A DNA stretch of 64,000 nt, taken from positions 62,001 to 126,000 of the forward strand of contig NW_021835996.1 of NCBI RefSeq assembly GCF_006345805.1. Reading direction: 5' to 3'. Position 1 is the stretch's first letter. Each line of letters starts with the position of its first letter. This document shows positions 23,218 through 34,103 of the stretch, piece after piece. This stretch comes from Octopus sinensis. Its lineage: Eukaryota. Both the position numbers and the translations under genes were made by a program. The notes under the pieces are model-generated. The model searched no databases, was not told the origin of the DNA, and saw only the letters and a program-made list of their open reading frames with translations.

Positions 23218-25360
23218 CAGGCCTGGCCAACCCAAATCGCATCGCGGGCCACTTTGTCCAAATGAATCCTTTCCGCGGGCCGCATATACATGTACATACT
23301 AAGGATAGATATCAAAACAACACAGATAAGATTTTATTTAGTAAAATAGCATTCAGTCCAATTATACGTATCAATGAGAAATCTGTTTTTCTTTATCTTC
23401 ACTTAATTTTTTCAAATCAACTTCACAATTACTAGTTGCACATCTTAATTGGTTTTCTAAGTTTTTATCTGTTAAAGAAGATCTATATCTACTTTTACTA
23501 AACTTTAATTTCGAAAAGAATGATTCACATACGTAAGTAGATCCAAAGGAGCTTACAACTCTTTGTGCAAAAATTCTTAAGTTGGGATATTTTTCTGCAG
23601 TCACATATTTGTTATAAAAGTCAATTTTGGATATAGTAGGATAAACAAGTCTTAGTTCACTGTTGCACTGTAGGTCAATTATTTCCGTCTGCAAAGTATT
23701 TGAAACAATAGAAACGTCAACATGAAATGGAGAAGAAAATGTTTCAAACATTTTCTCATATTTTTTTAGTTCCGAGAATCGACTGTCAAATGCTGCAGCA
23801 AGATTTTTTATTTCATCAGCGTACTTGAAGAAATTTTTACAATGGCTGATTTTAAATTGATTTAGCGTTGGAAAATGTTGATCATTTCCATTTCTTATTT
23901 GACATTCAAACAATGACAATTTCATTCGAAATGCTTTGACTTGATGGCATGCATTAGTAATCAAATTATCCTGTCCTTGTAACTCCTTGTTTAATTGATT
24001 AATTTTTTCGGTTATATCTACCAAAAAGCACAGATCTAGCATCCATTCTTCATCATTTAATTCAGTTAATGTCATTTTCTTATGCATCATAAAACTTTTG
24101 ATTTCTTCTCTCAAGTCGAAAAAACGTTTTAAACATTTTCCGCGACTCAGCCATCTGACATTGGAAAAATACACAAGATCACCATAGTGAGAATATAACT
24201 CGTTCAATAATTCTTTAAACTGGCGATGTTGAAGTGCATGAGAACGAATGAAGTTTATAGTTCTTACAACCACACTCATAACATGGTTCATAGACAACAC
24301 TTGCGCGCACAAATTGTGTTGATGTATCAAGCAGTGTATTACAAATAAATCATTTTTTATGCTTCTTGACTCCATCTCATCCATTATTAGCTTTACAACT
24401 CCTTTATTTCTTCCAATCATAGCCGGCGCCCCATCTGTTGTCAATCCAGCAAGGGTCTCTAAATTCGCTCCATTGTCGGATAAACATTTCATAACAGCTT
24501 GGAAAATATCTTCGCCCTTTGTAGTATCTTTCAAACTGACAAGGTTAAGCATTTCTTGTTTCACTTGAAAAGATTCGGTAACTCCACGAATATATACTAC
24601 AAGTTGAGACGTGTCTGATATATCCGTGCATTCGTCAAAGGCCAAAGAATAACTTTTGAAATATTTTATTTGATCACGCAAAGTCACCACAATTTCATTT
24701 GAAATGTCATTAACCCTGCGACATATGGTTTGACGTGACAAGCTAATGTTTGAAAACTTTTTAGTTTTATCTGGCAAAATGTCTTTCACGACAGCATCCA
24801 AACACTCTTTTACGAATTCTCCATCCGAAAATGATTTCATTCTCTTTGAAATTATCATTGCAACAGAGTAGCTTGCTTTAACAGTATCAGAAGAAGAGTG
24901 TATCGATGAATTTAATAGTCTTTGCTGATTTCTCAATTCAGATTTAAGCGAATCCAGTTTCCTTGTTTTCAATTCCTTACTAAATTTCGCGTATTCGGAA
25001 TGCTTTGTTTCATAATGTCTTCTTACATTGTACTCTTTCACCACCGATACTTTCTCCTTGCAAATTAAACATGTTGGCTTGGAATTATGCATTATAAAAA
25101 AGTAATCTTCTTCCCAATGATTGCTGAATTGCCTGTTTTCTTCAAAAATTTTCCTTTTCTTCATATTGATAACAGCTACAAAAATAGATAAACTTTAAAA
25201 TTTATTAAACTTATAAAATTTATCTTTATTTATTAAACTTAAGAAAAATTTATCTTGAATGTATTTATAGGTTAACTACATACAAAATTTCTCTCGCGGG
25301 CCGCACCAAACTCCATCGCGGGCCGCATGCGGCCCGCGGGCCTTGGGTTGGCCAGCCCTG
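23218..25360 (-). mobile_element. complete autonomous hAT (Buster/SPIN-type) DNA transposon
   Basis: 18-bp TIRs CAGG(C/G)CTGGCCAACCCAA with one mismatch, perfect 8-bp TSD CTATAAGA (23210-23217 and 25361-25368) and GCGGGCC subterminal repeats. Confidence 0.97.
23371..25164 (-). CDS. hAT transposase, 597 aa, intact and intronless
   Basis: BED-like CLIC...RRHYETKH, LAFDECTD, TTDGAPAM, HCLIH, VRWLSRG, FGSTYVCESFFS and terminal QISH. Confidence 0.96.
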   Translation of the reverse strand: MKKRKIFEENRQFSNHWEEDYFFIMHNSKPTCLICKEKVSVVKEYNVRRHYETKHSEYAKFSKELKTRKLDSLKSELRNQQRLLNSSIHSSSDTVKASYSVAMIISKRMKSFSDGEFVKECLDAVVKDILPDKTKKFSNISLSRQTICRRVNDISNEIVVTLRDQIKYFKSYSLAFDECTDISDTSQLVVYIRGVTESFQVKQEMLNLVSLKDTTKGEDIFQAVMKCLSDNGANLETLAGLTTDGAPAMIGRNKGVVKLIMDEMESRSIKNDLFVIHCLIHQHNLCAQVLSMNHVMSVVVRTINFIRSHALQHRQFKELLNELYSHYGDLVYFSNVRWLSRGKCLKRFFDLREEIKSFMMHKKMTLTELNDEEWMLDLCFLVDITEKINQLNKELQGQDNLITNACHQVKAFRMKLSLFECQIRNGNDQHFPTLNQFKISHCKNFFKYADEIKNLAAAFDSRFSELKKYEKMFETFSSPFHVDVSIVSNTLQTEIIDLQCNSELRLVYPTISKIDFYNKYVTAEKYPNLRIFAQRVVSSFGSTYVCESFFSKLKFSKSRYRSSLTDKNLENQLRCATSNCEVDLKKLSEDKEKQISH

Positions 25361-25603
25361 CTATAAGAGATAATCATTCCCTCAAGGGTTTTTTTATACT
25401 AAGTGATTGAATGTATGCGTACGTTCTCTCATGATGCTAAGCAAACGTGCATATTGCAGAAATTTTTGATTTACCAGCCCATCTTACATCCCTCAACAAA
25501 AAATTTTGTTATTCAATTTTTCCTGCTTTTATTCATTTAAAAACGGATAAATTCTAACTTTAAGATTCTTCAGATCTTCAAAAATAATATTTATTTTGTA
25601 TTT

Positions 25604-28600
25604 TTTTTTTAATGTTAATGTATTTTTTTAACAAAAGGAAGAAAATATAGGTTAATTAAGGTTGTTTAAGAGCAGAAAGGATAGCGTGGCTATTACCCCT
25701 GACAACGGTTGTTGAAAGGCGTTGAAACAGCCATTCGGTCTCCCTTCTATCTTTCGTCCGAACCGAGATCAGGGATCCAAGTTTCCTAATGAAAGCGATT
25801 GATTCCGGACCAAAGACTCCGGATGACTCCACAATGATCGGTTGCACTATGAACCTGTCCTTGAGCTCTGAATATTTTAATTTTTTAATTTTTTCGTAGT
25901 TCTGTGAAGCATATCCTGGAGAGGAGGCTGAGGCGATCAGGTTTGTCTCTGAGAAGGTGTCGGTGCAGGCGCAGTCCCAAACAAGGCACTTCCCGTTGGT
26001 GTACGGGAAAATTGTTATCCCATCAGGCCTTTTTCCGTCTGTGCGGATGAGACCAGGAGGCTCCAGCTGTGCCGGGAAACCAGCTGCATGCAAAGCGTTC
26101 TTGACAATTAGGTTCATTGTATGATGTCTTGGAAACCGGCCTGCACTGCGTCTGCATGAGAGAGCATGCCGTCCGAATTCGTCAACGGAAGCCCCGCAAC
26201 TACAGCGGTGCTGGCGGCAGATCTTCATGCAAAGGCGTAAGGAGATTGCAATTCGCAATGTCTCGTCGTCCAGTTTGTTTCCGACTGAAGGGATAGGACA
26301 TGCATTGAGCCACGCTCCGGATTGTTTTTGTGAAGCGCTTCTAAGGCATGCAAGACGAGATTGATCAGAGACCTCTTCCAAGTGGTGGTAAATTGACATA
26401 GAAGACAGGTCGTCCCAACATCTCTGTGAGAATGAGTTAGCAGGTATCTTGAGGCCTTTGTTCGACCAAATTTCGATTGCCATCTGATACCAGGAGGATG
26501 CGTTACGTTCAGTGGAAAGGGGGAGAACAGCATCCACCAGTGAGTCACACGACAATCGAGAAGAGAGGAAAGCGGGTAATGCAATATCTGCTGGGGAGCG
26601 GAGACCAATGCCTCCGAATCGTATTGGAAGCGTGGCTTGGGTCCACGAGGCTTCGTCAAAACGAATGTTGCAGAGATTTTCGGCACTGTGTTTCAGCCCT
26701 GATTCCAGTTCTTTGAGAAGTTCAGGGTTTATAAAGCAGGGGGCAGAGCGGAGAACGTGTTGTAGCTTGGGGAGTGATATGAAGTTTTTCAACAAGAAAA
26801 ACCCTTCGTGAGCGTCCAGGATGGATAGCCTGCTTGACATAAACTCAAAAGTGGATAATTTTCCGGACAGTATTTTCTCGATTCCTTCCGGGAAAATGGG
26901 AGATCCTAAGACTTCAAGCGACCCTTTCCTGGTTATAATGCCACCCGGTAAGACTGCGTGATATTTTTCCACTATAGTCGCGAAATCTTCCTCGTTGGCG
27001 TTGAGGTTTATAATCTCACATTTTGAAGGGTTCAACTGTAATCCAATTTTCTTCAGACTTACAGCGATTGATTCGATATCCAAGATGACTTGGTGAGCAG
27101 GACCACCAATAGTAATGTCATCCAGATACCAAACGTTGAGCGGTGATTTTACGGCGTGTGCTGTTGGGTTAACACCCATGGAGAAGAGTAATGGACCAAG
27201 GGGGTCACCTTGTTGGACCCCAGAGGAGGACAAGATCGTGTGTCCGTCTATCATTAGTTCAGGTGTGCAACCGTAGCACATGCTGGCCATCGGGAGTAAT
27301 GGAATGTTATGTTTGCTGCATTCTTTAAGGAAGCATGAGCGGTCGATGCAATTAAAAGCATTTTTCATGTCCAATTTAGCAAGAATACAGTCGTTATAAG
27401 CAGAGTGTGAAAACTCTGTAAAATCCCTCACGGCGTGGACAGTGGCTTCGCAGCCACTTTTAACACCGACACCCATCTGTATGTTATGGAAAATTTTCGG
27501 AATCAGATGTAAAGACCTGGCGCAAGCGATCTTAGCCGCCAGTCTCCTGAAAACATTACCGACGGATATGGGACGGATTCCACCGTCCTTTTTATTCAGC
27601 GCGGTCAGGTTACCGGAGAGAAAAAGTGAGCGTGGGAAATCAGACAGAGACCCTTCGAGGAATGCGTTCATTAGACCACAAATATCCGTCAAAAGACGTT
27701 CTCCGGCTGCGGAAGCTGAAGAGGAGACCAGATCCATGATATGACTTGGACGGAGGCCATCGATTCCGCCGCTGCTACTAGGGCGAAACGACTTCAGGGC
27801 TCTCAACACTTCGTCTTTATCGACATGCACAAAGTCATGATCCGGGCTTGGTGTTGGTACTGTTGTAGGAGAAGATGGGGTGGGATGTTTTGCTAGGAGG
27901 GACTGTATTGTTTGTTCGTCAACCCTCGCAACTTTATCGTCTGAGGAAATTATTCTCAAGGCGGCCGAGAAGTCGCCTGACATTAACTTGGAACGTACTC
28001 TCTTGCGTAGGTTTTCGTTGTGGTTTAGTCTTGGTTTTGACAGTGAGTGGCTTTCCTGAGATATTAATGTGTCGATGGAAAAGGGGAGGTAAGAAGAAAT
28101 AGATCTTTTAAGTTTGGAAGTAAAATTCCCAGGCAATTTATCTCCACGGGTCAGGCCAAGTCCGAAAAAGTGGAAGCAGAACGCTTTTGCCCAATCCTCG
28201 TCCCTGTTTGAGGTCATAGCTCTGGATATCAGAAGAGACAAGGCCTCCGCAGCTGCTGGACGAGCTGGTTTCGGTAAACGGATAGGGATGCTTCTCGAAT
28301 GACGATATCTTGATAGATAAGATAGTATTGCGTTCGATGAAGTTAGTATATTGGGAGATTGATCATGGGAACTATCAAACAATGTGGGTGTGTCGTGGAA
28401 TGAGGCAGCTGCCAGGCAAGAGTTACAGTGCCATATTGGGATGCTGGAAGCGGATTTCTTCGAAATCTTGAGACATCCAATATGGAAGTAAGCATGGCAG
28501 TTGGCGCAGTAAATGCCGTTTTTGCGGCAGTTAATTTTACTGCATTTACCACATGGTAATGGATCGTGGAAAAGAAATGACATGTAAAAATAGGAAAGAA

Positions 28601-28705
28601 GTATTAAGAAAGATAACAGAAATACCGACGAAAGTATTAAATTATACAAAAAATATGAAAAATAACAGATAAATGAAAAATGTACACCACAACACCACGA
28701 ACGTG
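25604..28705 (-). mobile_element. full-length CRE-clade non-LTR retrotransposon
   Basis: Single ORF, short 3' poly(A) (T-run at 25601-25610) and 11-bp TSD ATTTTGTATTT at 25593-25603 and 28706-28716. Confidence 0.92.
25656..28583 (-). CDS. PHD finger + reverse transcriptase + CCHC + restriction-like endonuclease polyprotein
   Basis: C4-H-C3 PHD, KKDGGIRPI, LDMKNAFN, GVQQGDPLGPLLF, YLDD, CSCG...HALSC, RH and KRPDG...WD. The first ATG is at 28583; the ORF track starts at an upstream TTG. Confidence 0.93.
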   Translation of the reverse strand: MSFLFHDPLPCGKCSKINCRKNGIYCANCHAYFHIGCLKISKKSASSIPIWHCNSCLAAASFHDTPTLFDSSHDQSPNILTSSNAILSYLSRYRHSRSIPIRLPKPARPAAAEALSLLISRAMTSNRDEDWAKAFCFHFFGLGLTRGDKLPGNFTSKLKRSISSYLPFSIDTLISQESHSLSKPRLNHNENLRKRVRSKLMSGDFSAALRIISSDDKVARVDEQTIQSLLAKHPTPSSPTTVPTPSPDHDFVHVDKDEVLRALKSFRPSSSGGIDGLRPSHIMDLVSSSASAAGERLLTDICGLMNAFLEGSLSDFPRSLFLSGNLTALNKKDGGIRPISVGNVFRRLAAKIACARSLHLIPKIFHNIQMGVGVKSGCEATVHAVRDFTEFSHSAYNDCILAKLDMKNAFNCIDRSCFLKECSKHNIPLLPMASMCYGCTPELMIDGHTILSSSGVQQGDPLGPLLFSMGVNPTAHAVKSPLNVWYLDDITIGGPAHQVILDIESIAVSLKKIGLQLNPSKCEIINLNANEEDFATIVEKYHAVLPGGIITRKGSLEVLGSPIFPEGIEKILSGKLSTFEFMSSRLSILDAHEGFFLLKNFISLPKLQHVLRSAPCFINPELLKELESGLKHSAENLCNIRFDEASWTQATLPIRFGGIGLRSPADIALPAFLSSRLSCDSLVDAVLPLSTERNASSWYQMAIEIWSNKGLKIPANSFSQRCWDDLSSMSIYHHLEEVSDQSRLACLRSASQKQSGAWLNACPIPSVGNKLDDETLRIAISLRLCMKICRQHRCSCGASVDEFGRHALSCRRSAGRFPRHHTMNLIVKNALHAAGFPAQLEPPGLIRTDGKRPDGITIFPYTNGKCLVWDCACTDTFSETNLIASASSPGYASQNYEKIKKLKYSELKDRFIVQPIIVESSGVFGPESIAFIRKLGSLISVRTKDRRETEWLFQRLSTTVVRGNSHAILSALKQP

Positions 28706-28929
28706 ATTTTGTATTTATAATAAAAATAGATTTAAATTTTAATATTGAAACAAATTTAAAGCATGTCCGGAATTAGGCTAGTGACATTAAAATTGTTATA
28801 AAATTTGAACCGTAAAATTATGCTAATAATTTGAACCGTAAAATTACCTTTTTACTCTCGATTTGTAAAATGAAAATTTTTCGTTTTTTTTCGTTAGTAT
28901 TTAGAGTTTGATCTTAATAAACAAATATT

Positions 28930-30146
28930 TTTAGATATAATACTCTCGATTCGTTTATGAAAGGGAAAATAATTGCGTTATACGACTTAAATATGTCCTA
29001 TATTAAAATTTCTAAAGAAACCGGTGTTTCATATTCAATAGTCGTGAATTTTGTCAAAAAGTACAATAAAACTGTATCATATGACCGCCAACATGGTTCT
29101 GGAAGACCATCAATTTGAATAATGTACAAATTAATCATTTGGAACTCACATCAGAAGAAAATTCATCTTTAACTGCTTCTGAACTTTCTAATGAAATAGA
29201 AAAGTTTTTTGATACACATGTCTCGTTTCGAACTATAATACGTAATTTAAATAAAAATGGAATTTTCAGAAGAATTGCAAAGAAAAAACCACTTCTAACA
29301 AAAAAACACATGGTTTCCAGATTCAACAAATTTCTTCAAATTTTAGACCATGATTTTAGATCAATAATCTTTTCTGATGAATGTATTTTTGAATTATTAC
29401 CGACCCAAAAAAATTGTGTATAGAAAAAAATTTGAAATGAATAAATCGGAAAATATTACTCCAACTGTCAAATTTGGAAAAGGTAAATTGTGATGTAATA
29501 AAAAATTAGGAAAAGTCATGGTGTGGGGTTGTTTGTCCTATCATGGAGTAGGCGATTTGGTATTTATAGACAAGACGCTTAATTCTGCAAAATATCAATC
29601 TATTTTGACCAATAATTTACCACATTCTGCACAAAAAATGAGGATTGTTGACTATATTTTTCAACATGACAACGCTCCCAGCCATACATCAAAAATATTT
29701 TTACGAAAAACATATTAAAAATTAGAATGGCCTTCGCAATCTCTGGATTTAAATCCAATAGAGCATTTGTGGGCTTATATGAAGGTTCAAATTAGGCAAA
29801 GAAAAAATGAGAACTTTTAGCACTGAAGGAAAATATAATAAATATTTAGTATTCTATTCCAACAAAAACACTTGAAAAATTAGTTGGGTCAATGAAAAAA
29901 AGATGTTGGGAGATCTATTCGACAAAAGGAGGTTATTTTACATATTAATTTGACAATAACCAAATTTTATGTCAATGAAAGTCGTTGTTTTTTCCAAATT
30001 TCTTAGACAAAATTTCAAAATTTAAATAATTAAACTAATTATTCTCAATTTTATCAGATTTTAAAATATATTGGAAGAAAAAATTAAATCATTCTTTGTA
30101 TAAATTAAGTAAGTTGAAGATTCACCAATATTTATTTCGAGGGGTG
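28930..30146 (+). mobile_element. degenerate Tc1-family transposon with a 27-nt intron
   Basis: KGKIIALY...[46 protein letters not shown]. Right end ...GAGGGGTG followed by TA. Left TIR not found. Confidence 0.88.
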
Positions 30147-30179
30147 TATGTTAATACAATAGGTATTATTTTACTCTCG

Positions 30180-30760
30180 CATGATAAATTAATTTCAGCT
30201 CTTTAAATAGGAGGTCATATTTTCTCACTTTTTCGATCTCCACTTTCCGTAAATTTTAGGAAGATGTTATTCCACCTTTAACTTGCAGATTTAATTATTT
30301 ATTTTGTCAAAAACAAAAAAAATGAGTTTGTTATGTTCCAAGACGATATCAGTCCTTATAAATGTGTTCGCCCTGATTGCAGCCTTCTCATTCTTCGATA
30401 TAGATTCTACTGAATGTGTTTTGACCTTTTTGTTATTCTTAAGTTCAAATTCTGGACAAAAATAAAAGTTTATGCATCTCACTACTTTATCATGCCCCCT
30501 GACATAATTCACATGTAACATCTTATTACGTATAGTGGCACAATTGTCGACGGTCTTCTTCCATCTCATGGAGTGGGAACTCATTGAGTTATGTTCTGCG
30601 CGGAATAAATTTATATCTTGTACGAGACAGAATAAGCCTTCAGATCGTGGGGAGTTATAGCCTTTTGCTAGGCAGTGATTAGAGTTTTAAACATTCACAA
30701 AATCATCCGTAACAATTTTTTATAGGATGGAATGAAGACATTTTGATAAAATCTGGTCAG
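30180..30760 (-). mobile_element. R4/Dong-like RLE retrotransposon 3' remnant
   Basis: KTVDNCAT...YVRGHDKVVRCI...KTHSVE...IRTDIVLEHNK, homologous to the 55250-56380 and 63220-64000 remnants. Confidence 0.7.
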
Positions 30761-31339
30761 TAGATACTTGTTCTGGGTGCTGTAGTGTAGATTTTATTTT
30801 TCTTAATAAAATACCAAATAGATTTTTTAAAAACAATCGGTGTCATTGGAAAACCCAATCAATTTGAAAATTTTGATTATTTTTGTTACTGTAGAAATAC
30901 AAATTCAATTATATTTTTTACAAGTATAAAAAATCTGTTATTTCTTCAGTCAAATTTTTTTTACCAACCTATTAAATTACCGTTATTTGGTGTCACGAGA
31001 CATTAGAAAAGAGTTGCCAATGTGCTTTTTAAACCAGATTGTGCGTATCAATAGATGCATAATGTTGTGAACGATTTCAAATGATGGTAAAAAAGCAGAG
31101 GACTTAAATTTGTGCCTACCAGTGTTATGTCCTCACAACCTGAAAAGGACTGAAGATTAACATAAAATGAGGAGCAAATTCTATAAGCGATTTTAGAAAT
31201 GATGAAAATAGTTTATATTTTTTTGGAAACTATTGGGTTAGAAATAAATCTTAAAAACCTGTGACTAATTTACCGTTTTGAAAGACCTTGGAATACTTTA
31301 TTTGAGAGTTTTAGCACTGTATGAAGAGCAAAAAACTAT

Positions 31340-31600
31340 AAGGCACTAGCCAATCCAATGTAGACCCGCCGCAGTGTTCTTACTTCGGGAGATCGCTGCC
31401 AGAATCTCCGCTTCGGAAATATTGCCTGCATCGTTCCTTGATATGCCCAGCTGGCAGCGCTTGTCCCACGACAATATCTGCTGGACAGTATCAAAGGACG
31501 ATGTCTCCACGAACTGATTTCCGTCAGTTCCAGAGATGTCATTGAGGTAGGTCGAAAATATTTCAGTCAGTCAGTTAACAGAACATTCAGTACTAATTTT
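31340..31600 (-). mobile_element. LINE RT N-terminal remnant
   Basis: ISEAEILAAISRSKNTAAG...I, the pre-RT motif. Confidence 0.5.
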
Positions 31601-31639
31601 CCACACTGAAGTTCGGTGGCTGTCAAGAGGAAGGGTGCT

Positions 31640-32606
31640 TAAATGGGTTGCCGAACTAATTGGTGCACTCACTAATTTTTTACAAGAAATAAATAATATA
31701 GAACTCGCCAATATGTTCGCAGATTATGCCTTCAAACAAAAGTTATTCTATCTTGCTGATGTATGGAATAATAAACGAATTAAATTTATCCATACAAGGT
31801 AAATCTTTCTTTTTTATCCTGAAGGTAAATGCATAGAAGCTTTTGAAAAAGTATCTGCATTTAAGCAAAAGTTGAATTTATGGAGGAAAAAATTAACTTT
31901 TTCCGATGTTGGAGGAATTAATTGGAAATAATAAACCTGAAAAATGAATTATTTTACAAATCGACGAACACCTAAAAAATTTGCAAATTAAATTCGAAGA
32001 ATATTTTAATTGCGATCAGATTGTTCCCCGATTGTATTTTGTGTAAGATTGATGAGGCTCAGGAACTTCCTTTTCTACAAGAATTAATTGATTTAAAAAG
32101 CTCTACGACTGCAAGGGTTACTTTTAAAATTTTTGTGATTATTCAGATATGTTTCAATTCTTGCACACTTATGGAATTTTGGAGTAAAATGATTCCAAAG
32201 TATTCGTTTTGACTATGGCTAGTATGCAATATTTAATTCATTATCCAACAACTATGCGAAACTGCGACGTCTTGTTTATCATTTATTAAAAATAAATCTC
32301 TTAATCGATTGAAAGTTGGAGATGATATGCTAATCGCTCTTAGCAACGTGGATTCGAATATTACAAAACTTGTTGCAGAAAAACAACAGCAAATATCTCA
32401 CTAGAATTAAATCTTTTACACTTTTTCTGCATAAAATATTTTATTGATTTTGTTTAGTTAAAAAATAATTTATCTTTTATAATTAAATCATTTATCTCAA
32501 AAAAAGATATGTAAAAATTTAAAAATCGATAGGGGGTACGCGGGATCCATTTTTAACTCCAAGGGGTACAATTTATTAAAAAATTGAAAAAGGTTAAGAA
32601 CCTCTG
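31640..32606 (+). mobile_element. degenerate hAT (Buster/ZBED5-like) 3' half with two tiny introns
   Basis: YLAD...NELNLSIQG, AFKQKLNLW, ELIDL...FW, NRLKVGDDMLIALS...KQQQISH*. Right TIR ...AAGGTTAAGAACCTCTG with GGGGTAC subterminal repeats. Confidence 0.85.
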
Positions 32607-34103
32607 CTCTAAAGTAATCAGCCGGAATTATTTTTTTTATTTCTTTGATTTTTAGATTTAAATTTTGGAATCATATAGCCTTTTAATATATTTTTAACTT
32701 GTGCGGATTTCGGAGTATTTCTAAGTCATTAGTGCATCAATGTTATCCATAGTCACTAAAAGTGAACATATAAAAAACAGAAATAACTGAACTGATTAGA
32801 AGGGATTATAGGACCAAGGAACTATGGCGGAAAGTCCGTCTTCGGTGACGAAAATAATATTAGAAGAAGGAAACACTTATTTACGCTACACTACAAACAC
32901 TTAGGAAAAACTAGCTCGCCCACAGAGGGCTTGATTTTACAATGCATATGTAAAATCTATATCCTCAACAACTCGGGAACATGAACATGGGATAATATAA
33001 GACAATAATACGAAAAGCTAAAAACTTTCCGCAGAAATCAGCTACAACTAATCCCGATCAATCAAAAATTTCGTCAGGAATCCTCTACAAGAGAACGGGA
33101 ATCACTATATTCTCGGAGGAGATTCTGGAGTCAAGATGAAGCCTGTTTTGTCACGCCTTAGTATTGGAAAGCGCCTTAAGGATGGAAAAGACCTCGACAT
33201 GTCACGCGACACAACTCAAAATGGAAAAAGCTGTTCAGGGACCTGACCTATTGTGCTGCAATAACATCACGTAGTGCTAATAACAGTGCCCAAATGTCAT
33301 TTGAAAATACTGAGTTACAAAGTGATTTTTAAATAGAATTTACAACTATTTTGTATTTTCCAACTTATAGATGCCTAAAACGTCGAGGATTATATGTAAT
33401 TCGCTGTGGTGGGCTGCTCCAAATCATTATCGAACCAAGCCAGCCAAGTTTTATGAAAATATTAACTGTCTTGAATGAGTCAAATGATCGAAATTTGATG
33501 GTAGGACGCTAGTCGTATTAATGCATGGGGTATCACCATGCACAGCTACGATGCTCTTCAACAGGCGAGGGAGCTGTCTTTTATATTTTAACAATAATTA
33601 AGCCTCCCTAAAAAGTCCTTATCTATCATCTACAATTTCAATATCATTTTTAAATAAATAAATTTCTGAGGATTCATTTATGTCCAAAAAATTATTTTCC
33701 TTTTCCGGCACGTATCATTAACAAATTTATAGTGGAAAAAGTGCCTGAAGGAATGCCAATTCATCTTAATGTACAACCCTGCAATAATCCATCCTGGAAT
33801 AAACATCCAGTATCTATAATTTTACTCATTATCCTCCAATCAAATCATCATCGACAAGCATTCCTCTAGGAAAGAATCCTTTATCTGTGTGAGGGACAAT
33901 TTTTATTATTTGTAATTTTACTATTGGATCAAAGTCAAAAAGCTCACAAGAATATATAGACATTGAATAATCTGGACATAAGTGTAGAGAACAAGTCTCA
34001 TTCAAATGAGATTAGTCTTTTTAATAAACAAATTAATTTAATTGTTTAGTATTAATTTTATTAATTTTTAAATAATATTAATTTGTAATATAAACGTGCA
34101 TTC

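Noticed and set aside
26225-28552. Numerous overlapping and antisense ORFs inside the CRE element and WDR81
   Set aside because: Shadow ORFs of GC-richer coding sequence with no motifs.
28584-28649. Hydrophobic signal/TM-like N-terminus of the 997-aa ORF
   Set aside because: It starts at TTG in a T-rich 5' UTR; the first ATG is at 28583.
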